This document shows positions 51,684 to 61,707 of a stretch of 64,000 bases of DNA, piece after piece. The notes beneath the pieces were generated by a model, which was given only the letters and a program-made list of their open reading frames with translations, searched no databases and had not been told where the DNA came from. This DNA comes from an uncultured Actinomycetes bacterium. GTDB lineage: Bacteria; Actinomycetota; Thermoleophilia; Gaiellales; JALYLC01. The position numbers and the translations under genes were made by a program. Every line of letters starts with the position of its first letter. The first letter of the stretch is position 1. The DNA is taken from positions 44,310 to 108,309 of the forward strand of contig CAWCFJ010000007.1 in the NCBI GenBank assembly GCA_963794695.1, in the 5' to 3' direction.

Positions 51684-52250
51684 TCAGTCCACCTCGAGCG
51701 CCAGCGCGTCGAGGTCGATGTCCGCTCCCATGCCGCCGGACAGGTGGCCCTCGGCGTCGCGCGGCCACTCCGAGAACGGCCGGTCCCACATCAGCTCGAG
51801 GTCGTTCCCGTCGGGGTCCGACAGGTAGAGCGCGAGGTGGGTGCCGTGGTCGGTGTGCTGGCGGATCGGCCAGTCGACCTCGCGCAGCCGCCGCAGGGCG
51901 TCGGCCAGCCCTCCGCGGGTCGGGTAGCGGATGGCCACGTGATGCAGGCCGGCCACGCCGTCGGGCTGGGGCGGCCCGCCGGCGGACTTCCAGGTGTTGA
52001 AGCCGAGGTGGTGGTGGTAGCCGCCGGCGCTCAGGAACAGCAGGTCGCCGGTCGTGCCCCAGCCGGGGACGTCCCGCATCTCGGCCACCACGTCGAAGCC
52101 GAGCAGGTCCACGTAGAAGGCCCGGACCCGGTCGATGTCCGACGTGCGCAGGTGGACGTGGCCGATCGTGACCCCGGGGTCGATCGGGCGCGGCGCGCGG
52201 GCGCGGGGCGCGACGCTGCCCTGGACGTTCGGGGCGGCGGTGTCGGTCAT
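51684..52250 (-). CDS. VOC (glyoxalase/bleomycin-resistance/dioxygenase) family protein
   Basis: ...IGHVHLRTSDIDRVRAFYVDLLGFDV...GLHHVAIRY.... Confidence 0.7.
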   Translation of the reverse strand: MTDTAAPNVQGSVAPRARAPRPIDPGVTIGHVHLRTSDIDRVRAFYVDLLGFDVVAEMRDVPGWGTTGDLLFLSAGGYHHHLGFNTWKSAGGPPQPDGVAGLHHVAIRYPTRGGLADALRRLREVDWPIRQHTDHGTHLALYLSDPDGNDLELMWDRPFSEWPRDAEGHLSGGMGADIDLDALALEVD

Positions 52251-52310
52251 GCGGGCCTCCTGCGAGATGTTCCCACCGAAGCACGCAGGATGGCACGCGC
52301 GCGAGGCGCG

Positions 52311-53210
52311 TCAGCGTTCGGCTGGCAGCCGGGCCACGGCCGCCTCGGCCTCGGCCCGCGTGGGCAGGGCGCCGCGGGCCCCCAGCGCGCGGGTGGCGAG
52401 CCCGCCCACAGCGGTGGCCAGGCGCAGCGCCCGGAGCTCGTCCTCGCCGGCCGCGAGGGCCACGGCCAGGCCGGCGGTGAACGCGTCGCCGGCGCCGGTC
52501 GTGTCGACCACCTCGACCGGGATCACCGGCACGTGCAGCGGCGCCGCGCCGGGCCGGTGGAGGGTGCAGCCGCGCGCGCCGGCCGTGACGACGACCGCGC
52601 GGGCCCCGGCCTCGAGCAGCGCGTCGGCACCCTCCGAGAGCGCTGCGACCTCGTGCTCGTTCAGCGTCAGGACAGGGCGCGCCTCGAAGAGCTCGGGCAC
52701 CAGCGGACGCACCGGCGCGGCGTTGACCACCAGCGTGGCACCCGTCCGCCGGGCACCCTCGGCGGCCGCGGCGACCGCGTCGTCGAGGAGCTCCAGGTTG
52801 ACCACCACCACCGTGTCCGGCCCACCCAGCGCGTCGAGGGCCGCGGCGACCTCGCCCGCCGGCACGTCGGCGTTGGCCCCGGAGGCCACCGCGATCAGGT
52901 TCTCGCCGCGTGCGTCCACCAGGATCTCGGCGACCCCGGTCGGCAGGTCGCTCCGGCCCAGGTGCTGCAGGTGGACGCCACCGGCGTCGAGGTCGGCGTG
53001 GCAGGCCTCGCCGTGGTCGTCGCGCCCGATCCGGCCGACGAGGTGCGTCTCGGCGCCGAGCCGCGCGGCAGCCGCCGCGCAGTTCGCGCCCTTGCCGCCG
53101 AAGTGGCGCGCGAACGTGCCGCCGATCACCGTCTCGCCGGGCCGCGGCAGCGTCGGCACCTGCACGACCAGGTCCACGTTGACCGAGCCCACGACGACGA
53201 CGCGGCTCAC
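52311..53210 (-). CDS. PfkB-family carbohydrate kinase (ribokinase-like)
   Basis: The GTG at 53210 begins VSRVVVVGSVNVDLV.... ...GGKGANCAAAAARLG...VDTTGAGDAFTAG. Confidence 0.75.
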   Translation of the reverse strand: MSRVVVVGSVNVDLVVQVPTLPRPGETVIGGTFARHFGGKGANCAAAAARLGAETHLVGRIGRDDHGEACHADLDAGGVHLQHLGRSDLPTGVAEILVDARGENLIAVASGANADVPAGEVAAALDALGGPDTVVVVNLELLDDAVAAAAEGARRTGATLVVNAAPVRPLVPELFEARPVLTLNEHEVAALSEGADALLEAGARAVVVTAGARGCTLHRPGAAPLHVPVIPVEVVDTTGAGDAFTAGLAVALAAGEDELRALRLATAVGGLATRALGARGALPTRAEAEAAVARLPAER

Positions 53211-53214
53211 GCGC

Positions 53215-53898
53215 TCAGGCCGGCGTGCCGTGGACGGGGTCGACCTGGAAGGGGCGCGGCGGCGGCAGGAGCGCCTCGTCCACGCCGATCCCGAGCAGCG
53301 TCGTGCGCAGCACCGCGTCGAGCGCGCCCCGCCGGAAGCAGTCGGCACCGGCGTCGGTCTCCTTGCCCGCCATCCCCTCGACCAGCAGGAACCCCAGGCC
53401 GTAGACCCCGGCCCAGGCAGCGATCAGGCCCCGGTCGCGTTGCGACGCCTCGATGATCCCGAGCTCGATCAGCTCGTCGAAGGCCTCGAGCGCCAGGCTG
53501 CCGGCATCGGTCTGCGGCCGCCGGCGGTCCTTGCACACCGCCATGACCCGCCAGTGGGCCGAGTTGCGGACGGCGAAGTCCAGCACCGCGTCGGCGTACG
53601 CCCAGAGCACGGCGACCGTCGCGCAGGCCCCCTCGCGGCCCGCCCGGGCGGCGCTCCCGGCGACCTTCATCTCCTCGGCCAGGCGGCGCGTGCCGTCGTC
53701 CGCGACGGCGTCGAGGAGCGCCTCCTTGTCGGTGAAGTGTCGGTAGGCTGCGCTCGGCGACACACCGATCTCGCGCGCTGCCTCGCGCAGCGAGAACGCG
53801 TGCACGCCACGGGTCGACACGAGTCCCAGCGCCGCACGCATGAACGCGTTGCGGAGGTCGCCGTGGTGGTAGCTCGCTCGTGGTGCGGTGGAAGCCAT
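53215..53898 (-). CDS. TetR family transcriptional regulator
   Basis: HTH ...RAALGLVSTRGVHAFSLREAAREIGVSPSAAYRHF.... Divergent to the degraded MMPL gene. Confidence 0.8.
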   Translation of the reverse strand: MASTAPRASYHHGDLRNAFMRAALGLVSTRGVHAFSLREAAREIGVSPSAAYRHFTDKEALLDAVADDGTRRLAEEMKVAGSAARAGREGACATVAVLWAYADAVLDFAVRNSAHWRVMAVCKDRRRPQTDAGSLALEAFDELIELGIIEASQRDRGLIAAWAGVYGLGFLLVEGMAGKETDAGADCFRRGALDAVLRTTLLGIGVDEALLPPPRPFQVDPVHGTPA

Positions 53899-54029
53899 GG
53901 TCTTGTCAGCAAGTCAACGCGTTCGTAACCGACACGTCCAGATCAAGGGTGGCACGGTTCGCGACCCTCCGCTACCTTCTTCGTGAGCGACGTTCACATA
54001 CAACCGACGAGAGCGGTGGAGACCCCAGC

Positions 54030-56325
54030 ATGACTGCCCACGGCAACGACGTCGCGGAAGAAGCGCGTCGCATCGCCCACAGCGGGTGGCTAGCCCGCTT
54101 CGCAGGAACCTGTGCCCGCCACCCGTGGCGGGTGATCAGCTCGTGGCTCGTGATCATCGTGGCGCTGATCGGCCTGAACGCCGCCTTCCACGGCGAGCTG
54201 ATCAACGACTTCAAGGTCCCGGGCACCGACTTCCAGAAGGCCACGGACCTGATCAACGCGAAGTTCGGCGCTCAGAAGGGTGCCGCGCTGCGCGTGGTGC
54301 ATCGCCGCGCCCGACGGGACAGCGGCTCGACTCGCCGGCCAACAAGGCCGTCGTCGAGAAGCTGCGCGCGCGCGCCGACCAGGCCATCAAGACGATCGAC
54401 AAGAGCCCGAAGAACTTCGTGCCCGTCGGCAACCCGCTGGCCGACGACACCGGCCAGCTCTCGAAGGACGGGCGGATCGCGTTCTTCGACACCCAGTTCG
54501 ACCAGACGAGCTGGGAGCTCAAACGGCCGCGACATCGTCAAGCTCGAGGACTCGCTGCGGGCCATCGGCGCGAGCCAGAACCTGCAGGTCGAGTTCACCG
54601 GGGAGGCCGAGGGCGGGCAGCCGAACTCGGGCGCCAGCGAGATCCTCGGCATCATCGCGGCCTTCTTCGTGCTGCTGATCCTGTTCCGGGCGCTCGTGCC
54701 CGACCTTCATTCCAATCATCTTCGCGATCGTCGCCGTGGTGACGGCGTTCCTGTTGCTCTACCTCGGCGCCCGGTTGACCAACTTCAACACGGTCGTCGA
54801 GATCCTCGTGCCGATGATCGGCCTCGGCGTCGGCATCGACTACACGCTGTTCATCGTCACGCGCTTCCGCCAGCTCCTGCACGACGGGCTGACGCCGCAG
54901 GAGGCCGCCGCGGCCGCCGGCGCCACCGCCGGCCGCGCGGTGATCTTCGCCGGCCTGACGGTGGCGATCTCGATCACCGGCCTGGCCCTGATCGGGATCG
55001 ACTTCATCACGAAGCTCGGCATCGGCAGCGCCCTCGGCGTGGTCACCGCGGTGTGCCTGGCGAACTCCCTGCTGCCGGCGGTGCTGTCCCTGCTCGGCCA
55101 CAAGGTCGATCGCTGGCGCCTCCGCCTGAAGCCGACCGACGACTCCCGCGAGGGCCAGTCCCGCACCTGGGTCGCGGCCTGGGGCCGGCTGGTCACGAAG
55201 TCGCGGCGCGCTGTTCCTGACCCTGTGCATCGTCCTGCTCCTGATCATCGCCTCGCCGGTGCTGCAAGGTGCGCCTCGGCCTGGCCGACTCCGGCACCGC
55301 GCCGAAGCAGCAGACCACCCGCAAGGCCTACGACCTGCTCTCGCAGGGCTTCGGGCCCGGGCTTCACCTCGCCGATCCCGACGGTCGTCGACATGCGCGG
55401 CGACGCCCAGGCGCCGCAGAAGCTGGCGGACGCCTTCAAGGGCCTGCCGGGCGTCGCCCGGGTCGTGCCGCCGATCTACAACGCCAAGGACGCCGACGCG
55501 GCCTCGGTGGCCATCATCAACGTCTACTCGAAGTTCAAGCCGCAGGACCACGAAGACCGACCACATCGTCTCGCTCCTGCGCAACGACGTGATCCCGAAG
55601 ACCCTCGACGGGTCGACAGGCCAGGGCCTACGTGTCGGGCCAGAACGCGGCCTTCACGGACATCGGCGACAAGATCATCGAGCAACATGCCGTGGTTCCT
55701 GCTGTACGTCATCGGCGTGACGTTCGTGCTGCTGGCGATGGCCTTCCGCTCGCTGGTGATCGCGGCCAAGGCCTCGCTCACGACGCTGGCGTCGGCCTGT
55801 GTCGGGTTCGGCTTCCTGACCCTCACGGTCCAGCTGGGCCACGGGCTCGGGGTGGTCGGCCTCGACCGCACGGGCCCGATCGAGAGCTTCGTGCCGCCGA
55901 TCGCCTTCGCGATCCTGTTCGGCCTCTCGATGGACTACGAGGTCTTCCTGATGAGCCGCATCCGCGAGGAGCACGTCCACGGCAAGGACACGATCCAGGC
56001 GGTGCGCGACGGCGTGGCCGGCGTCGGCCGGGTCATCGTGGCCGCCTCGCTGGTCATGTCGATCGTGTTCTTCGCGTTCATCCTCACGCCCGACCGGATC
56101 TCGAAGGAGTTCGGCATCCTGCTCGGCATCGCGATCCTGACGGACGCGTTGATCGTCAGGATGACGCTCGTGCCGGCGCTGCTCTCGCTGCTCGGCGAGC
56201 GCTCGTGGTACATGCCGGCGTGGCTCGACCGGATCCTGCCGAACCTGACCATCGAGCCGCCCGTCCCGCAGGAGTCGCAGGAGCCGCCGCGGCGGCCCGC
56301 AGCGCCCGCCTCGGAACCGGCGTAG
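54030..56325 (+). pseudogene. MMPL family transporter, reading frame broken at least 7 times (near 54290, 54520, 54710, 55210, 55360, 55560 and 55640-55690)
   Basis: All MmpL segments are present but spread over three frames: MTAHGNDVAEEARRIAHSGW...; ...LDSPANKAVVEKLRARADQAIKTIDKSPKNFVPVGNPLADDTG...; ...MIGLGVGIDYTLFIVTRFRQLLHDG...; ...MPWFLLYVIGVTFVLLAMAFRSLVIAAK...FGLSMDYEVFLMSRIREEHVHG.... Confidence 0.6.
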
Positions 56326-56733
56326 ACGCGTGGTGGCCGGCCTCCGCCGCGGGTGGAGGCCGGCCACCTAATCGCCCCCTGTCTAGGGATGCGCACGTAC
56401 TCCTTTCACGTACCCTCCGTGCGATGGTCTCCGCGATCCGCCACCACGGCGTGCACGCCGACTGGTCGGGTGGGGCGATCAACGCCCACCTCGACGCGAA
56501 CCTGAAGGCTCAGGCTGCCGGCACGCGTGCCCAGATCCAGCAGCGAGCGGACTCGGAGACCCTGCAGGACATGTGGCGAAGCCAGCGGAGCCTGCTGGAT
56601 CTTCTCGCGTAGGGCGGCTACGCTCCGCGCCGCCGATCCAGCCTCGGCACGGTGACACCACAAGCAAGGGTGACAATAGGTCTTTCTTGCCCCGTGCGGG
56701 AAGGATGGGCGGCATGACGAGGATGCAGCTGCT

Positions 56734-59136
56734 GTGAGGACCGGGCAGCGTCGGGTTCGAGGGGTCGAGACCGAAGGACGAGAGCGGGCCGAGGGCGTGC
56801 TCGTGCTGCGCGCGGTCCGAGACCGTCAGGGTCGGGTGACCGACTTCCAGCACGTCCAGGTGGACGCCGGAGCGGCGGACCTGCTCGGCCGCTCGGCCAG
56901 CGAGCTCGAGGGCAGCAGGCTGCTCGAGGCGGCAGACGTCGCCTCCAGCGACCGCTTCGCGACGTACCGCCGGCTCCTGCTCACCCGCGAGTCGATCACC
57001 GGCGACCTCGTCGTGCGCACCACGAGCGGAGCCGAGCGCCGGCTGTCCCACGAGGCCTCGGCCAGCGGCGACCACGTCCTCGTGACGCTGCGCGAGCGGC
57101 GCGGCGAGGCAGACACCCAGCCGCACGTCGACGATGCGCCGTTCCTGCTGATCGGCTCGCTGCCGGACGCCCTCCTGGCGTACACCCCCGAGGGCCTGAT
57201 CGAGTGGGCCAACCCGGCCGCCGAGGTGCTGTTCGACGTGCCCGCCGCGAAGCTCCGCCACCAGCCGCTCGACACGGTGATCGCGTCGCGCAGCGGGGCG
57301 AGCCTGCTCGAGCCGGCGCACCTCGTCCCGGGCATCCACGAGGTGCTCGGCCGCCGGCCCGACGGGACCAGCTTCCCGGCCCGGCTGGCGGTGGCCCGGC
57401 TGCAGGACCGCGGACGCGTCCTGCTCGGGGCGACGGTGCAGGACATCTCCGAGCAGAAGCGGGCCGAGCGCGAGTACCGGCTGCGCGAGGAGGCGCTGCG
57501 CCAGCTGGCCGACGAGCAGTCCCAGCTGCACGTGGCCCAGGCGGCGCTGTCCCACGAGCAGGCCACGCTGCGGCGGATCGCGACCCTGGTCGCCTCGACG
57601 ACCGACCCGGACGTCGTCATGCACGGCGTGGCCCACGAGGTCGCCCGGCTCGTCGGCGCCGACGTCGGCCTGGTGGTGCGCTTCGACGGCGAGCGCGGCA
57701 CGGTCGCCGGCCTGCACGGAGAGGACCTGCTGCCCGGCGGCCTGGTGGGCGCGACCGCGCCGCTGCGCGGCGACGGCATGCTGGCCCGGATCGCCGAGCG
57801 CGACGGGCCGGTGCGCGGCGAGCTCCTCGAGCTGGTCGTCGCGGACTCGCTGCGCATGCTCGAGGTCGCCGCCGTCGGCGCGCCGGTGCGGCTCGGCGGT
57901 CGCGCCTGGGGCGCCGTGGTCGCCGTGAGCAAGCGCCGTGACGTCTTCGCGCGCGAGACGGAGCCGCGGCTGGCGCGTGCCGCCGAGCTCGTCGGGGTGG
58001 CCATCTCGAACGCCGAGGCCTGGCAGGCGCTCTCGCGCCAGGCCGCCAGCGACCCGCTGACCGGGCTGGCGAACCACCGCACGTTCCACGAGCAGCTCCG
58101 GCTCGAGGTCACCCGCGCGCGGCGCTACGACCGGCCGCTGGCGCTGGTGCTGCTCGACCTCGACCACTTCAAGCAGATCAACGACACCTACGGGCACGCC
58201 GCCGGCGACCAGGTGATCCAGGAGATCGCGCGCCGCCTGCGCGGCCAGGCCCGCGACGGCGAGCTCGTCGCCCGGATCGGTGGCGAGGAGTTCGCCTGGC
58301 TCCTGCCGGAGTCGGACGACGAGGGCGCCCGCACCGCGGCCGAACGCGTCCGCCAGGTGGTCATCGCGGCGCCGTTCTCGGCCGCCGGGCGGCTGACGAT
58401 CTCGGCCGGCGTCGCCGACCTGGCCCACGCGGGCACGCCCGAGCAGCTCTTCCAGCTCGCCGACGCCGCGCTCTACGCGGCCAAGGCCCGGGGCCGCAAC
58501 AACGTCATCCGGGCGAGCGAGGTCGGGTCGCGTCCGAGGCCCCAGCCACGCATCGACCGCTTCAACGCCCTCGCCGGCCTGCGGGCCCTGGCCCGGGCGG
58601 TGGACGCCAAGGATCCGTCGACCCAGCGCCACTCCGAGCGGGTCGCCGAGCTCGCCTGCCGGCTGGCCCAGGTGCGCGGCTGGCCGTCGGCCCGCTGCGA
58701 GCAGCTGCGCGAGGCGGGCCTGGTGCACGACGTCGGCAAGATCGGCGTGCCCGACGCGGTGCTCTACAAGTCGGGCGGGCTGACGTCGGACGAGCGGGCC
58801 CAGATCATGCTGCACGCGGCGCTCGGCGCGGCGATCGTGTCGGAGGTGCTGTCGCTCGAGCAGGTGCGCTGGATCCGCCACCACCACGAGCGCTTCGACG
58901 GCCGCGGCTACCCCGACAGCCTGGGCGGCGACGACATCGACGAGGGCGCCCGGCTGCTCGCGCTGGCCGACGCCTGGGACGCGATGACGGTGGCCCGGCA
59001 CTACGCGCCGCGGATCCCGCCGTCCGAGGCGATCGAGCTGTGCGGGACGCTCTCGGGCACGCAGTTCGCGCCGGAGGCCGTCGACGCCCTGCGCGAGCTC
59101 TGGGACGCCGGCGAGCTGCGCGACGAGCTGAGCTAG
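56734..59136 (+). CDS. Cytoplasmic PAS-PAS-GAF-GGDEF-HD-GYP multidomain c-di-GMP signalling protein
   Basis: Intact 800-aa ORF. ...DPLTGLANHRTFHEQL...LDLDHFKQINDTYGHAAGDQVI...RIGGEEFAWLL (GGDEF). ...GLVHDVGKIGVPD...HHHERFDGRGYPDSL (HD-GYP). Confidence 0.85.
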   Translation: MRTGQRRVRGVETEGRERAEGVLVLRAVRDRQGRVTDFQHVQVDAGAADLLGRSASELEGSRLLEAADVASSDRFATYRRLLLTRESITGDLVVRTTSGAERRLSHEASASGDHVLVTLRERRGEADTQPHVDDAPFLLIGSLPDALLAYTPEGLIEWANPAAEVLFDVPAAKLRHQPLDTVIASRSGASLLEPAHLVPGIHEVLGRRPDGTSFPARLAVARLQDRGRVLLGATVQDISEQKRAEREYRLREEALRQLADEQSQLHVAQAALSHEQATLRRIATLVASTTDPDVVMHGVAHEVARLVGADVGLVVRFDGERGTVAGLHGEDLLPGGLVGATAPLRGDGMLARIAERDGPVRGELLELVVADSLRMLEVAAVGAPVRLGGRAWGAVVAVSKRRDVFARETEPRLARAAELVGVAISNAEAWQALSRQAASDPLTGLANHRTFHEQLRLEVTRARRYDRPLALVLLDLDHFKQINDTYGHAAGDQVIQEIARRLRGQARDGELVARIGGEEFAWLLPESDDEGARTAAERVRQVVIAAPFSAAGRLTISAGVADLAHAGTPEQLFQLADAALYAAKARGRNNVIRASEVGSRPRPQPRIDRFNALAGLRALARAVDAKDPSTQRHSERVAELACRLAQVRGWPSARCEQLREAGLVHDVGKIGVPDAVLYKSGGLTSDERAQIMLHAALGAAIVSEVLSLEQVRWIRHHHERFDGRGYPDSLGGDDIDEGARLLALADAWDAMTVARHYAPRIPPSEAIELCGTLSGTQFAPEAVDALRELWDAGELRDELS

Positions 59137-59149
59137 CGGGCAGGGCCGG

Positions 59150-59653
59150 CTAGAAGCGCCCGGGGCGGCTGTCGCGCTCTTCGCGCACGCCCCGGATGAG
59201 CGCGTTCAGCGCGTCGATCCGCTCGTCGTCCTGGGCCCGGTCGCGCGCGGCCTCGGCGGCCCGCTCGGCGTTCCCGTCGCTCGAGCGCTCCCACCAGGCG
59301 TGCCACTCGTGGATCCGCAGCCGGTCGGTCGGCGCGAGCCGGTCGAACGTGAACGCCACCTCGCTGCGGCCGCCGTCGGCCTGCTCGCTGCGCACGACCC
59401 GGGCGCGGATGCCCGCGTCGCCGCGCATGGTCGGCGTGAAGACGATCCGCAGCACGTCGCCGACGCTGAGCACCCGGCCGACGCTGAGCGCGCGGCAGCC
59501 GTGCTCCGAGACGTCGAGGCAGACGAGCTTGACCGCCTCCTTCGGGGCGACCGAGCCGTCCTCGCCGTGCGCGTGCATGAACACGCGGTTGACGGCGACG
59601 CGGCGCGCGCTGCGCCGGTCCGTCAGGCGGCGGAAGCCGAGCCCACGGCTCAT
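59150..59653 (-). CDS. PilZ domain protein (c-di-GMP receptor)
   Basis: FRRLTDRRSARRVAVNRVFMHAHGEDG...CLDVSEHGCRAL matches the PilZ RxxxR and (D/N)xSxxG motifs. Convergent with the GGDEF/HD-GYP gene. Confidence 0.55.
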   Translation of the reverse strand: MSRGLGFRRLTDRRSARRVAVNRVFMHAHGEDGSVAPKEAVKLVCLDVSEHGCRALSVGRVLSVGDVLRIVFTPTMRGDAGIRARVVRSEQADGGRSEVAFTFDRLAPTDRLRIHEWHAWWERSSDGNAERAAEAARDRAQDDERIDALNALIRGVREERDSRPGRF

Positions 59654-59775
59654 CGGTCCGCCTCGCAGCGGAGCTGGGTCGTCGCGAGGTGCTGCATGGG
59701 ACCAGGATCTCGCATCCGGGAGGCCGCGGCAGTCCCTCAGGGGGGTGATCCGGAGCGTGACCTACAGTTGCCGGG

Positions 59776-60225
59776 ATGCATGCGGCCCCGCCTCCTGCCT
59801 CCTGCCTGAGCTCGCAGCTTCGCGTCCAGCGCGGTCGCGGCAGCGCCGCGTTGGGCACCACCTACGTCGAGCTGGTCTTCACGAACCGCTCGACCCGGAC
59901 GTGCACGCTGCGCGGGTACCCGGGCGTGTCGGCGGTCGCAGGGGACGACGGCCACCAGGTCGGCGCGCCGGCGGCGCGCGACCGCGGTTTCCGCGTCGTC
60001 ACGGTCGTCCTGCGGCCGGGCCGCGTCGCCAGCGCGGCGTACGGTCAGGCCAACCCGCTGAACTACCCGAAGGCCCGCTGCAGGCCGGTGCACGTGCGCG
60101 GGCTGCGGATCTACCCGCCGAACGCGCGCGCTGCGCTGTACCTGCCCTGGGCGCACCTGGCCTGCTCGACACGCGTCGTCGCGACCCACGTCCACCCGGT
60201 GCAGGCGGGTGCTGGCAACCCGTAG
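59776..60225 (+). CDS. DUF4232 domain protein
   Basis: ...TNRSTRTCTLRGYPGVS...VVLRPGRVASAAYGQANPLNYPKARCRPVHVRGLRIYPPN.... The N-terminus may be in another frame, as no clean signal peptide is seen. Confidence 0.45.
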   Translation: MHAAPPPASCLSSQLRVQRGRGSAALGTTYVELVFTNRSTRTCTLRGYPGVSAVAGDDGHQVGAPAARDRGFRVVTVVLRPGRVASAAYGQANPLNYPKARCRPVHVRGLRIYPPNARAALYLPWAHLACSTRVVATHVHPVQAGAGNP

Positions 60226-60955
60226 GGCGACCGAGACCACGCTGCCTCTGGCGCTCGACGGCGGCGTGCTCGACGTGACGCTGCGCCGCTCGCCCCGGGC
60301 GCGCATGCTCCGGCTCACGGTCGACCCGCGCGGGAACGTCACCCTGATCGTCCCGCGGCGCACCACCCGGCAGGCCGCGGAGCTGGTGCTGGCCGAGCGC
60401 TCGGGCTGGGTGCAGCGCCAGCTCGCCCGCATCGAGGCCCGCCGGGCGGCGCCCCGGGCGCTGGTGCGCGCGCCCGGCTGGCTGCCGCTGGCCGGCGGCG
60501 CGCTGGCGCTCGAGCGCGACCCCTCGGGGCCCGCGCGGGTGCGTGAGGCGGGCGACCGACTCGTCGTCGCCGGTGAGGATCGCGACGCGGCCGCTGCAGC
60601 GCTCGAGCGCTGGTACCGGCGCGAGGCCCGCCGCCGGCTCGAGGACGCCGTCGCCGAGCAGGCGCCGCGCGTCGGCGCGCGTCCGGCGCGGATCGCGGTG
60701 CGCGACCAGCGCACCCGCTGGGGCTCGTGCTCGCGCAGCGGCACGCTGTCGTTCTCGTGGCGGCTCGCCCTGGCCCCGCCGGAGGTGCTCGAGTACGTCG
60801 TCGTGCACGAGCTCTGCCACCTGCACGAGCACAGCCACCGGCCGCGTTTCTGGCGGCTCGTCGAGACCCACTGGCCGGGCTGGCGGGCCCAGGCCGCCTG
60901 GCTCCGCGAGCACGGCGAGGAGCTCGCGGCCTTCGACCCGGGAGACGTCGTCTGA
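60209..60955 (+). CDS. M48-family / YgjP-like (DUF45) zinc metallohydrolase
   Basis: ...VVVHELCHLHEHSHRPRFWRLVE... HExxH-type motif. Confidence 0.7.
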   Translation: MLATRRATETTLPLALDGGVLDVTLRRSPRARMLRLTVDPRGNVTLIVPRRTTRQAAELVLAERSGWVQRQLARIEARRAAPRALVRAPGWLPLAGGALALERDPSGPARVREAGDRLVVAGEDRDAAAAALERWYRREARRRLEDAVAEQAPRVGARPARIAVRDQRTRWGSCSRSGTLSFSWRLALAPPEVLEYVVVHELCHLHEHSHRPRFWRLVETHWPGWRAQAAWLREHGEELAAFDPGDVV

Positions 60956-61314
60956 TGGAGGTCCGCAACCTCGACAAGGCCGTCCCGTTCACCACCAAGG
61001 ACGGCAGCACCATCCGCGAGCTGCTCGGCCCGCGCACCGCGCCGGTGCAGAACCAGAGCCTGGCCGAGGCCACGCTCGGCCCCGGCCAGGCCACCGAGCG
61101 CCACTACCACGCGGTCTCGGAGGAGCTGTACTACGTCGTCGAGGGCGAGGGCGAGATGGAGGTCGACGGCCAGCGAGCCCGGGTCGGGCCCGGCGACGCC
61201 ATCCTCATCCCGCCCGGCGCCTGGCACCAGCTGCGCGCGTCAGCCGGCGGCCAGATCCGGATCCTGTGCTGCTGCGCGCCGCAGTACAGCGATGCGGACA
61301 CCTACTTCAGCTGA
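60955..61314 (+). CDS. Cupin domain protein
   Basis: The ATG overlaps the preceding stop (TGATG). ...HYHAVSEELYYVVEGEGEMEVDGQRARVGPGDAILIPPGAWHQL.... Confidence 0.65.
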   Translation: MEVRNLDKAVPFTTKDGSTIRELLGPRTAPVQNQSLAEATLGPGQATERHYHAVSEELYYVVEGEGEMEVDGQRARVGPGDAILIPPGAWHQLRASAGGQIRILCCCAPQYSDADTYFS

Positions 61315-61572
61315 TCAGACGCAGGCCAGCTCCGGCGCGATCGAGCGGAGCGCGACGTGCAGCTCCTCGACCCGCGACGGCCCGACGCGGCCGGCGTCCT
61401 CGAGCCGGGCCAGCAGGCGCTCGGCGCGAGCCAGGCGGGCGTCGGCGTCGTCGTCGCCGAACAGCAGGGCGTCGGCGGCGCTTCGCAGCGTGTAGACCTC
61501 GCGCTCGGACAGCGGCTCGAGCGCTCGCTCGAGCAGCCGTGCATACGTGCTGTACGCCATCGTGGCGGTCAT
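61315..61572 (-). CDS. Hypothetical small helical protein
   Basis: MTATMAYSTYARLLERALEPLSEREVYTLRSAADALLFGDDDADARLARAERLLARLEDAG.... Confidence 0.3.
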   Translation of the reverse strand: MTATMAYSTYARLLERALEPLSEREVYTLRSAADALLFGDDDADARLARAERLLARLEDAGRVGPSRVEELHVALRSIAPELACV

Positions 61573-61707
61573 CAGAGAGGACTCCCTTCCTCGTCTTGCC
61601 CGGTTCGACGCCGAGGCGCCGGTGAACATCCGTGTTCAGAGGAGAAATCGGCGGATTGGGGCCGCCCTTGATAGATGTCCGAGCGTGCGGGAAGAACTGC
61701 AAAACTC

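Noticed and set aside
56714-56737. Tiny uORF ATGACGAGGATGCAGCTGCTGTGA (MTRMQLL) overlapping the GTG start of the PAS-GGDEF gene
   Set aside because: Seven codons, no RBS, overlapping the more plausible GTG start. Noted but not supportable as a feature.
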